Assembly: GCA_963792965.1 (NCBI GenBank)
Contig: CAWBYW010000005.1
Coordinates: forward strand, 1-64,000
Source of the DNA: an uncultured delta proteobacterium
Lineage (GTDB): Bacteria > Desulfobacterota > Zymogenia > Zymogenales > Zymogenaceae
Reading direction: 5' to 3'
Length of the DNA: 64,000 nt
Below are positions 41,598-50,412 of the stretch, in pieces (positions within the stretch are counted from its first letter, which is position 1; every line of letters begins with the position of its first letter). The notes beneath the pieces are model-generated. The model had not been told where the DNA came from, searched no databases, and saw only the letters and a program-made list of their open reading frames with translations. Both the position numbers and the translations under genes were made by a program.

Positions 41598-42426
41598 CTA
41601 CATGGTGCTGCGGGCGATAAGGGTATTGAACGAGACCGTTCTCTTCTTCCCGGTCATGTCCACCCAGGTGCTTTCCACCATCAGCCGAATCACGTCCGCG
41701 CCGGTCGTGTCGGTTATGCTGGCCGGAAGCGTCACGTGGGCTATCGTCCGCTTGGAATCGCTCCCGGCAACGGTATTGAGGACGACCGGCTCCAGCACGG
41801 TCCTCCGGGTCAGTATCCATCGCCACTTCGACTTTTCGGCCCTGGTGAGCGCGGCAAATTCCGGCTGGGGCCTCACCTCGCCCGTATCCATGTTGATATA
41901 CTCGAGACACGACCATATCCCGTCTCCTGCGGCCTCATCTCCGTGAAGGGCCATGTTTCCGTCATCGTAGAGGATCTTTATGCTGTCTCTTCTTTTTTGC
42001 TTTTCCGCGGCCGAGATGCCATGGGTATTGATGCTGTTCGCTGCGACGGTATATCCTGCGGCCCCCGACAGCAGGCCCGGCGCCGCATAGCCCTCGACCG
42101 TCCCATAGGCGGGATCACGGGACAGGATATAGTTGAAGTTCAGCACGGTATTGAACCGTATGTCCTCCTCGAGGGTGGCGACCTTTCGTATCTCCTCGAC
42201 CCGCTCATGGGTCAGGGATATCGCGTTGTTTATCTGGCGGTTCAGGACCCGCGCCCTCGTGGAATATACCAGCATGGCCCCGACCGCCATGATGCCCACG
42301 GTAAAGATGGACAGGGCGATCATCGTCTCAATGAGGGTGAAGCCCCGGCGACGGCGAACGCCTGCCGAAGCAGACCCGGCCTGCCACTATCCGGATAATC
42401 TCTATGCTTTTTCTTAAAAACATCAT
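41598..42426 (-). CDS. PilV-like minor pilin (frameshift in the leader peptide)
   Basis: RRRG|FTLIETMIALSIFTVGIMAV; AISLTHERVEEIR; C-terminal VESTWVD. Confidence 0.8.
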
Positions 42427-42435
42427 GACTGCTCC

Positions 42436-43131
42436 CTATTCCCCCTCCAGTTTCCACGGGTTCTTGCCCGCCGCGGCCCGGTCAACATCGTAATACCAGA
42501 CGATTGTCTTGCCGGACAGGCTCTCAAGGGAAACGGCCCTGCGGTTGTTGTCTACTTTCTTATCAAGGTTAGTAAAGGGGATGATATAGATCTCCCCCCT
42601 GTCGGCCGCGTTGCCGCGTGCGGTGAAGGTCACCTTTTTATTCGGGAAGATGACGCCGTCCTTGTCAGCTGTGGCGACGGCGAGATTATAGATGTCCTTG
42701 GGGCCGTTCAGGTCGTATACGATCCCCATAGGCAGGTCCTCGGTGTGTTCTTTTTCGCCGGGATCCCAGGTGCCGTTCTTATTGGTATCGGCGAACATCT
42801 CAATGTAGCACTTGCTTTCGGACGCCGTGATGGTTGGACGGACCTTGAACGTGATGACATAGTTGGTATCTTCGGAAACCGCCCGTATTCGCGCATAATT
42901 GAGAGCGAGCGAGACCTCCCGCACGCCGCTATCGGCCCTGATTCGATCGAGATTCATATTGATGGAGTAGATCGCAATCCCGCACATGATTGCGATGACG
43001 GCCACCACGGTCATCACCTCGATGAGAGTAAAACCGTCGATATATGCCTCAAAGCGCCGCAGCAGGTCCCTTTTTCGCCCCAGGAAGATGCCCATAGATG
43101 AGAACCTGCTTGTCGCGTATTTCCACATCAT
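42436..43131 (-). CDS. FimT/FimU (GspH-like) minor pilin
   Basis: DG|FTLIEVMTVVAVIAI; LNYARIRAVSE; VTFTARG. Confidence 0.82.
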   Translation of the reverse strand: MMWKYATSRFSSMGIFLGRKRDLLRRFEAYIDGFTLIEVMTVVAVIAIMCGIAIYSINMNLDRIRADSGVREVSLALNYARIRAVSEDTNYVITFKVRPTITASESKCYIEMFADTNKNGTWDPGEKEHTEDLPMGIVYDLNGPKDIYNLAVATADKDGVIFPNKKVTFTARGNAADRGEIYIIPFTNLDKKVDNNRRAVSLESLSGKTIVWYYDVDRAAAGKNPWKLEGE

Positions 43132-43155
43132 AAAGAGTTCCCCCTTAAGGATACT

Positions 43156-43171
43156 TGCATATTATATGCCA
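43156..43171 (-). promoter_or_regulatory. sigma54 (-24/-12) promoter of the pilin operon
   Basis: TGGCATATAATATGCA, with GG-N10-GC spacing as in TGGCAC-N5-TTGCW. Confidence 0.8.
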
Positions 43172-43279
43172 TATCTTTTACCACCCTTGAGAACACAAGC
43201 CGAACCAGCTTCATACAACGTCTTGAAAACACGGCTCTTTTCCGTCGATCTTTTTTACCGGCGAAGGATAGATACAGAC

Positions 43280-43318
43280 TGCGCAATAATTACACAATAA
43301 ATGTGAAATAGTTGCACA
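43280..43318. promoter_or_regulatory. Tandem enhancer (UAS) sites for a sigma54 activator
   Basis: Two 17-bp imperfect palindromes TGCGCAA-TAA-TTACACA (43280-96) and TGTGAAA-TAG-TTGCACA (43302-18), 22 bp apart and ~110-150 bp upstream of the promoter. Confidence 0.65.
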
Positions 43319-43338
43319 CTTTCGACCGCCATCGTCTG

Positions 43339-44727
43339 TCACGATCGAATGCCGTAGTCCTTGATCTTATATAACAGAGCCCGGTAGCTGATGTCGAGCA
43401 TCTTAGCCGCTTTCGTGAGGTTGCCGTTTGTTACGGATAAGGCGTCGGTGATTAAGCGCTTTTCGAGGGTCTTCGTCCCGTCTTTGATCGAAAAGGACGT
43501 CTGCGGCGATATACCGTCGCCCTTTTGTTCCCGAGGTTTTGCTGTTTCTGCGATCTCCGGCGGAAGGTCGGTTTTCTTAATTGTCTCGGAATCGGCCAGG
43601 ATCATCGCCCGCTCCATACAGTTCTCCAGCTCCCGGATATTACCCGGCCACCGATAGGTCATGAGGGCCGAGAGGGCATCCTTTTCTATCCCGCCTACCG
43701 CAAGCCCCAGTTTTTCGTTGAATTTTTCGATGAAGTGCTCGACGAGCAGCGGGATATCCTCGCGTCGTTCATTGAGGGGGGGAAGCTTGATGGAGATTAT
43801 GTTGAGCCGCCAGTAGAGGTCGTCACGAAACGTGCCGTTTTTCATCTCCCGTTCGAGGTCCTTGGCCGTGGCGGCGATGATGCGCACCGACACCTTGACG
43901 GAACCCGTGGCGCCTACCCTTCGCATCTCGCCTTCCTGCAGCACCCTGAGGAGCTTGACCTGGAGCAATACCGGAAGCTCGCCGATCTCATCCAGGAAAA
44001 GGGTCCCCCCGTCGGCCTCCTCGAACAGCCCCGGCTTGTCCTTCACGGCGTCGGTGAAGGCCCCTTTGACGTGGCCGAACAGCTCGCTCTCGAGGAGATT
44101 CTCGGGGATCGCCGCCAGGTTCACCGCCACAAACGGCCCGTGCTTTAGGGAGCTCTCGTAATGAATCGCACGGGCGATTAGCTCCTTCCCGGTTCCGCTC
44201 TCGCCGGTAATCAATATTCCCGTCGAATATCCGGACACCTTCCGGATTGTCTCGAATATCTTGTGCATGACGTTATTCTTGGTGATGATGTCATGGAAGG
44301 TGTATCTCTTGGCGAGCTCCCGTCTGAGCCTGATGTTCTCGTCCCTGAGGTTGCGGCTCTCCCGGGCCTTGCCCAGCGTAAGAATAATCTCGTCGAGCCG
44401 GAATGGTTTTGAGACATAATCATAAGCCCCCAGCTTTATCGCCTCCACGGCGTTGTCTATCGTCCCATACGCGCTCATCATAACCACCACCGCGTCGTTT
44501 TTCCTGGCTTTAAGCCGCCGCAAGAGCTCAATCCCGTCGATGGTGGGCATCACCACGTCCGAGAGGATAATATCATAATGCTCCGTTTCGGTCTTTGAGA
44601 GGGCCACCGCACCGTCTTCGGCTACCGTCACGACAAACCCCTTATCCGACAGAAAATCCGAGAGCATTTCGGCCATCGAGGAGTCATTCTCGACGATCAG
44701 TATTTTATTATAGCCCCTCACGCTCAT
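43339..44727 (-). CDS. sigma54-dependent response regulator (NtrC/AtoC/PilR-like)
   Basis: REC domain (LSDVVMP), GESGTGKE, ESELFGHVKGAFTDA, LFLDEIGE, WPGNIREL, Fis-type HTH. Confidence 0.95.
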   Translation of the reverse strand: MSVRGYNKILIVENDSSMAEMLSDFLSDKGFVVTVAEDGAVALSKTETEHYDIILSDVVMPTIDGIELLRRLKARKNDAVVVMMSAYGTIDNAVEAIKLGAYDYVSKPFRLDEIILTLGKARESRNLRDENIRLRRELAKRYTFHDIITKNNVMHKIFETIRKVSGYSTGILITGESGTGKELIARAIHYESSLKHGPFVAVNLAAIPENLLESELFGHVKGAFTDAVKDKPGLFEEADGGTLFLDEIGELPVLLQVKLLRVLQEGEMRRVGATGSVKVSVRIIAATAKDLEREMKNGTFRDDLYWRLNIISIKLPPLNERREDIPLLVEHFIEKFNEKLGLAVGGIEKDALSALMTYRWPGNIRELENCMERAMILADSETIKKTDLPPEIAETAKPREQKGDGISPQTSFSIKDGTKTLEKRLITDALSVTNGNLTKAAKMLDISYRALLYKIKDYGIRS

Positions 44728-44820
44728 CTCCCTGAAAGATTTGCGTATTATATATCAATTATTGAGCGTTATCAATACCTTATCTTACCGTTCAGGTTGC
44801 GTTTGGGGCCGAAAGGTGCT

Positions 44821-46851
44821 ATGATGTCGCCCAAGGAGGCGATCGTGAAGCTCAAGGGAGACATCATCCTCATCGAGGACGACCCCTCGGTCCTTTCGGC
44901 GATACGACGAATACTCGAAAGGGACGGATACGGTGTCTCCGGTTTTACCGAGCCTTTGAAGGCAGTGGAATCCCTCTCGAAACGCGCGCCTATTACCTCC
45001 GATCTTATGATCATCGATATTAACCTCCCCTCCATTGACGGGTTTGACGCCTCGCGACGTTTGAGGGAAATCCCACGTCTTTCCGATATCCCCATCATCT
45101 TCATATCGGCCATCCATACGGGATCCGACGAAATGGTCCGAGGGCTTGGTCTGGGCGCGGTCGACTATATCATAAAGCCGTTTGAGCCCGACATATTTCT
45201 CAAGAAAGTGGAGAACTTCATCAGCCTGAGACAGGGCAAGGAGCGCATCGAGTCGCTACGCCGCCGTTACCAGCTCCTGTTTGAGCAGTACAATGACCCG
45301 ACCCTCATCCTTGACCACAAGGGCTCGGTCATCGAGGCAAACAATGCCGCCCGTACGATACTCGACGTTGCGACCGAAAAGAGCCCAACGCTCTTTGACC
45401 TCATCCACCCCGACGACAGAGAGACGACCGTGCAGATGATCACCGACCTCTCCACAAGCTTAGAGCCCCAAAGCCCACGCCTTATCAGGATGAGAGATAA
45501 GGGCGGCGTGTATCTCTGGATGGAGGTCAATGGGGGGGCCTTCATACGCGACACGATGCCTGACTCTATCCATGTCACGGCCCGGGACGTCACGGATCGG
45601 ATTGCCCTTACCACGAGCCTTACCCTGCTGTATGACACGTCCCGCAGGCTCTCGGCCGCGCTTGATATCGAAGAGATCTTTCCGATACTCACCGATTCCA
45701 TACGCGAGGCGGTGGACGCCGACCGCATCGGCATCATCACGCTTGACGACGACGGCTCCGCCGTCATACGGGCCACCACGAGGATGGGGCGAGACGATTT
45801 TTACCTCCCCCATCCCATCGACCTCTCCCGTTATCCCGAATATCTTAAGGTCATAGAAGAAAGGAGGTTTCTCCATATACAGGACGCAAGCCGGACCCCG
45901 ATACTGGCCGACCAGGAGGAGCGGATCAAGAAGGCCAGGGTAAGAAGCGTCCTTTTGGTACCCATCGTTATGGGTCAGCACGTCTACGGCATCATCAGCC
46001 TCGCTCGACTCGGGAAGATCAGGCCGTTTTCCACCGCGGACTCGACGGTGCTTACGTCCGTGGCGGACCTGGCCGCCCTCTCGATGGAGAACGCCCGGCT
46101 CTTTTTCGAGACGAAGAAGAACGAGCAGTTCAAGTCTCACCTGATCAATGTCTTCACCCACGAGGTCGGGACTCCCCTCGGCACCATCATGGGCTATACC
46201 CAGCTCCTCATGGAGGAAATGAAGGACAACCAGAAGAACATGAAGCACCTCCAGGCCGTCTTGGCGGAAACCGACCGCCTCAAGGTGATTATGGAGAACT
46301 TCCTCGACATCACCCGGCTCAGGTCCGGCAAGATCAGGCCGAAGCGGGACGAGGTTAATCCCTCTATCCTGGTCCAGAAAGTCTTTCGGGATTTCGCCGA
46401 TCGGTTCAAAGAAAAGAAGATCGACTGCCGGATCAGCCACAGCTCCGACGACTTGAGAATCGAGGGTGACTTGACGCTCTTGGAGAGCGCACTGGATAAC
46501 CTCCTCAAGAACGCCCTCAAATACACCCCTCCGGGCGGGGCCGTCACGATGGCCCTCACGGGATACCGCAGCCCCTACGATCTTCCTAACACGTCGATCC
46601 CTCGCCACGCGACACCCCCTTTCATAACGATCACGGTGGCCGACACCGGCATCGGTATCCCGGAGGATGAACGGGGACGTATCTTCGAGGAGTTCTATCG
46701 CGGCAAGAACGTACCCCCCGGAGAGAAGGGCGCGGGACTGGGGCTGACGATCGTCAAGGAAATAATCGAGGCGCACGGCGGGATCGTCCGGCTGATCCCG
46801 ACGAAAGGGACCGGGAGCACTTTTGAGATCATCTTGCCGGCAAGACAGTAG
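44821..46851 (+). CDS. Hybrid sensor histidine kinase REC-PAS-GAF-HisKA-HATPase
   Basis: IEDD...IDINLP; IHPDD; SVLLVPI; THEVGTPL; NLLKNALKY; DTGIGI; GLGL. Confidence 0.93.
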   Translation: MMSPKEAIVKLKGDIILIEDDPSVLSAIRRILERDGYGVSGFTEPLKAVESLSKRAPITSDLMIIDINLPSIDGFDASRRLREIPRLSDIPIIFISAIHTGSDEMVRGLGLGAVDYIIKPFEPDIFLKKVENFISLRQGKERIESLRRRYQLLFEQYNDPTLILDHKGSVIEANNAARTILDVATEKSPTLFDLIHPDDRETTVQMITDLSTSLEPQSPRLIRMRDKGGVYLWMEVNGGAFIRDTMPDSIHVTARDVTDRIALTTSLTLLYDTSRRLSAALDIEEIFPILTDSIREAVDADRIGIITLDDDGSAVIRATTRMGRDDFYLPHPIDLSRYPEYLKVIEERRFLHIQDASRTPILADQEERIKKARVRSVLLVPIVMGQHVYGIISLARLGKIRPFSTADSTVLTSVADLAALSMENARLFFETKKNEQFKSHLINVFTHEVGTPLGTIMGYTQLLMEEMKDNQKNMKHLQAVLAETDRLKVIMENFLDITRLRSGKIRPKRDEVNPSILVQKVFRDFADRFKEKKIDCRISHSSDDLRIEGDLTLLESALDNLLKNALKYTPPGGAVTMALTGYRSPYDLPNTSIPRHATPPFITITVADTGIGIPEDERGRIFEEFYRGKNVPPGEKGAGLGLTIVKEIIEAHGGIVRLIPTKGTGSTFEIILPARQ

Positions 46852-47117
46852 GGAATTCCCCTGATATTCTTATCGGTCTTGATAAGGCGCGTACTGCCTG
46901 AGAGAGAGGGATGAACATCCTTCTGCTTCATAAGGCCGACGGCATGCGATATTCTATAGACAACCTATGACAAACGAGGCGACAGCTCGACCGCAAACGG
47001 ATAAGCTCGGCGAGACGGATCGTTGAGCACGTCGGTCAGCCGTTTCTCATTGTCGGTGCCTCGTTGCCCATCTCACTTTCTCTTGCGGTCTTTTCGTTCG
47101 TGCGGAAGTAAAGCGGA

Positions 47118-47936
47118 TTAGGTATTCCGCTTCTCGATGAAAAGCTTCTTGGCCGAGAAAGCCAACAAAAAGAGGAAGAAGTTGAAAAGGACGATCGTCC
47201 CGCCCGTGGGGAGATCAAGGAGGAAGGAGATCAAAACCCCCATCACGACCGACAACACCGCCGACGCCGCCGAAAGGATGAGGCTCGTTCTAAAGCTCTG
47301 AGAGATCTGAAGGCTCGTTACCGCGGGCAGGATTATGAGGGCCGATACAAGGAGGAGCCCCACCACCCGCATCCCCACCACCACTACGAAGGCCGCGATG
47401 GCGGCAAAAAAATAGTTATAACGGTCCACACGAATCCCCATGGCGCGCGCCGCCTCCTCGTCAAAGGTCATCGCAAAAAGATCATGATAGAATAATATGA
47501 CAAAGAGGATCACGAGGGCCGAGATTACGATCGACACGACGAATTCCGTCTTGCCGATCGTCAAGATGCTGCCGAAGAGGTAGCTCATGAGATCGACGTT
47601 GAAACCCCTGGCAACGCTGGCGATGACGACCCCTACGGCCATCCCCACGGCCGATACGATCCCGATGGCTACATCGGCGTAAATCTTCACCCGTTGCTGC
47701 ATCTTGAGTATTCCCATCGAGGCAAGGAGGGTGATGATCAGCGTCACCCAGAACGGCTGCCGGGAAAAGAGGAGCCCCACCGCAACCCCGCCGAAGGCGA
47801 CGTGCGTCAGTCCGTGGCCGATCAGGGCGTAACGCCTGAGCACCATGAAGACACCGAGCAGCGCGCAGGCCGTCCCGACAAAGATCCCCGTGAACAGGGC
47901 CCGCTGGATAAACCCGTACGTAAAGATATCAAACAT
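47118..47936 (-). CDS. znuB: Metal (Zn/Mn) ABC transporter permease, ZnuB-like
   Basis: GVFMVLRRYALIGHGLTHVAFGG, DLMSYLFGSIL, FDEEAA, VGLLLVSALIILP. Confidence 0.88.
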   Translation of the reverse strand: MFDIFTYGFIQRALFTGIFVGTACALLGVFMVLRRYALIGHGLTHVAFGGVAVGLLFSRQPFWVTLIITLLASMGILKMQQRVKIYADVAIGIVSAVGMAVGVVIASVARGFNVDLMSYLFGSILTIGKTEFVVSIVISALVILFVILFYHDLFAMTFDEEAARAMGIRVDRYNYFFAAIAAFVVVVGMRVVGLLLVSALIILPAVTSLQISQSFRTSLILSAASAVLSVVMGVLISFLLDLPTGGTIVLFNFFLFLLAFSAKKLFIEKRNT

Positions 47937-47979
47937 GGATCGTCCTCACCTGAACGCCCGGTGTCGCCCGGAGTCGCCG

Positions 47980-48774
47980 CTACCTTTTCTTTTTTAGCTC
48001 GTCTTCCGGGTGCTGATGGCATATGATGTGCTGGTAGCTGCCGAAATATTCGCTCATGTCCTCAGCTATGCAGAAATTCCCGCCGTCGCCGAAGAAGACC
48101 TGTTGCTTGTTGATGTAGAGGATCTTGTTGTTATGGATATTCATCCCCGCGATGTCGTGGTTGATCAGAACGATGGTCGTTCCCGCTCGATTCAAATCGT
48201 CGACGATCGCGAAGAAGTCCTGCCTGATCGTGGGTTCCACCGCGGCGGTCGGCTCATCAAGAAAGAGCAGCTCAGGACCGGCAACGAGGGCCTTGGCCAA
48301 GAGCACCCTCTGCAGCTGACCGCCCGAGAGCTCTCCGATGCGGCGCTCCTTGATAGCCGATATCCCCACCCGCCCGAGGGTATCCTCGACCCGTCTCCTG
48401 TCGGCCCGCGTGAGCCGTTTGGGCTGCCCCTTCTCGGCCAGGAGACCCATCTCGCACACCTCCGTTACCGACGCGGGGAAATAGGGGTCGAAGAAGGCGA
48501 TCTTCTGGGGAACATAGGCGATCCGATCCCACCGGTCGAAATCCCGCACGGAGCGCCCGAAAAGCGTGATCGAGCCCGACTGGGGCCGAAGGATCCCGAG
48601 GATCACCTTGACGAGGGTGGTCTTGCCCGAACCGTTGGGGCCGATCATCCAGAGATAGTCTCCTCTGCCGAGGGTAAACGTGATTCCCTCTATGACCGGC
48701 CAGTGATTATAGCCGAAGGTAATATTCTTGACCTCAAGGACGTTCGGCGATTCTCCCATCGATCCTATCGACAT
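47980..48774 (-). CDS. znuC: Metal ABC transporter ATPase, ZnuC-like
   Basis: GPNGSGKTT, YVPQK, LSGGQLQR, LDEPT. Confidence 0.88.
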   Translation of the reverse strand: MSIGSMGESPNVLEVKNITFGYNHWPVIEGITFTLGRGDYLWMIGPNGSGKTTLVKVILGILRPQSGSITLFGRSVRDFDRWDRIAYVPQKIAFFDPYFPASVTEVCEMGLLAEKGQPKRLTRADRRRVEDTLGRVGISAIKERRIGELSGGQLQRVLLAKALVAGPELLFLDEPTAAVEPTIRQDFFAIVDDLNRAGTTIVLINHDIAGMNIHNNKILYINKQQVFFGDGGNFCIAEDMSEYFGSYQHIICHQHPEDELKKKR

Positions 48775-49718
48775 TGAAGACCCTTCTTGAGCTGTTGGAG
48801 GTTGTCCCTCATGAGATCGACGAGGGTGATACCCTGATCGAACTTGTCCTTAGGAAGCTCGTGCCCCGGATTCAGGAAAAGGATCTGGACACCGGTCTCC
48901 CCCTGGATCGTTTCCGCCACCCGCGGCTCGATCATTTCCTCGGCAAATATATATTTCGCGTGCTTTTGTTTTATCAGGTCGATGACGGAGCGGACCCGCT
49001 CCGGCGTCGGCTCGGCGTCGGGCGAGATCCCGAAGACCGAGACAAGCGTAAGTCCGTAACGGTGAGCGAGGTAGCCAAACGAGAAGTGTCCCGAAGAGAT
49101 GATCTCCCTGTTTTGGCAGTCCTTGAGCGCGTCCCGATAGAGCGCATCCAGCTCGTCGAATTTCTTCTTGTAAGCCTCCCCCCGCTCACGGTATGCCTGC
49201 TCGTGCGCGCCGTCCTTCTTGATAAACGCCGCCGTTATGGTATCAATCTCTTTCTTGGTGTTATCGAAGTCGAGCCAGATGTGGGGATCGACGGCCCCCT
49301 CGCCGGCTGCGCCGCCCTTTTCGGGCTCCCCCTCACCGGCCCCTGACATGAGGGTTATCCCGACGCTCGCGTCCACTACGAGCAGATTCGGGTTCTTAAT
49401 CCCCGAAAGAATATCTTTCGCCCAGCTCTCCATCCCCGCCCCGTTCATAATGAAGATATCGGCCCCCTCGAGTTTCTGGATGTCCTTGGGCGTCGGCTCA
49501 AAGGTATGGGCCTCGGTGCCGGGGGGGATTATGATTTCATAAACCGCATTGTCCCCACCCACGGCGCGGGCCAGGTCATAGACCGGAAAGATGCTCGCAA
49601 CCACGGTGAGTTTCCCCTCCGCCTTCTTCTCCGGTTGGCAGGAGACCAGCACGATGACGAGAGAAACGAAAACGACAACAACGGTCGCCCATGAGAAGCG
49701 TTTAATAGTTCCGTTCAT
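48765..49718 (-). CDS. znuA: Metal ABC transporter substrate-binding lipoprotein (cluster A-I)
   Basis: Lipobox LVSC; EAHTFEPTP; DPHIWLD; HFSFGYLA. Confidence 0.88.
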   Translation of the reverse strand: MNGTIKRFSWATVVVVFVSLVIVLVSCQPEKKAEGKLTVVASIFPVYDLARAVGGDNAVYEIIIPPGTEAHTFEPTPKDIQKLEGADIFIMNGAGMESWAKDILSGIKNPNLLVVDASVGITLMSGAGEGEPEKGGAAGEGAVDPHIWLDFDNTKKEIDTITAAFIKKDGAHEQAYRERGEAYKKKFDELDALYRDALKDCQNREIISSGHFSFGYLAHRYGLTLVSVFGISPDAEPTPERVRSVIDLIKQKHAKYIFAEEMIEPRVAETIQGETGVQILFLNPGHELPKDKFDQGITLVDLMRDNLQQLKKGLQCR

Positions 49719-49751
49719 AAGACACCTCCATCGTACTTCTGTTCGGCAATT

Positions 49752-50214
49752 TCAAACCGTCTTACTGCAGCGGGCGCAGAGCCCCGAGAGCAATACGCTC
49801 TCCTCCTCGACGATATATCCCTTCGCACGAATATCCAGATGCGCAACGGCCACGTCGTCCAGACAATCCATCCTCCCGCATGAGCGGCAGCTAAAATGGG
49901 GGTGGCGAGGCCGCCTCGTGTTCAGGGCAAAGCGGCTGACTTTATCGGCCCCCTCGATCCTATGGACGATCCCGCGCTCGCAGAAGATGCGCAGGGCGCG
50001 ATATATCGACGCGGGGTCCATCGCGTCCCTACCGAGTGCGGCCAACAGCTCGCCGCCGTTCATCGGCCGCCCCGCCGTCATAAGGGTCTGGATGATTTTG
50101 ACCCGACCGACGGTCCTTTTTAGGCCTCCGGTCTTTGAGGATTCCCTCGCTCGCGATCGCGTCCCTTTTCCTTTGGTGGCCGGGAATGATCCAATATTTT
50201 TTCGTCCTTGACAT
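49752..50214 (-). CDS. Fur family regulator, Zur-like (frameshift near 50135)
   Basis: GLKRTVGR, ASIYRAL, HPHFSCRSCG, GLCARC; first gene of the metal ABC operon. Confidence 0.82.
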
Positions 50215-50253
50215 CCTCCTTAAGGAATAGACACACTCTCATGCTAGTACAAA

Positions 50254-50269
50254 CGCAAATGAATTGCAA
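50254..50269. promoter_or_regulatory. Putative Fur/Zur operator
   Basis: GCAA-ATGAA-TTGC inverted repeat ~40-55 bp upstream of the Fur-family start codon. Confidence 0.45.
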
Positions 50270-50412
50270 TAAGATTATATGGCGAGCGAGCCCGGTGGCG
50301 AGCGGATTATCTCAAACCGAAGAAGCGAAAGTCGTAATAGAGCGGACAAGATGCCAGGGTCGCTTAATTAGTCTTTCGATCGGAACGCAAAAGGTGAGAC
50401 CCGTATCTTACC

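Noticed and set aside
34098-42426. Programmed frameshifting, phase variation or DGR-type diversification in the pilin genes
   Set aside because: Similar indels hit dapL, fba and secF; no reverse transcriptase, template repeat or long SSR tract is seen, so sequencing error is the simpler explanation.
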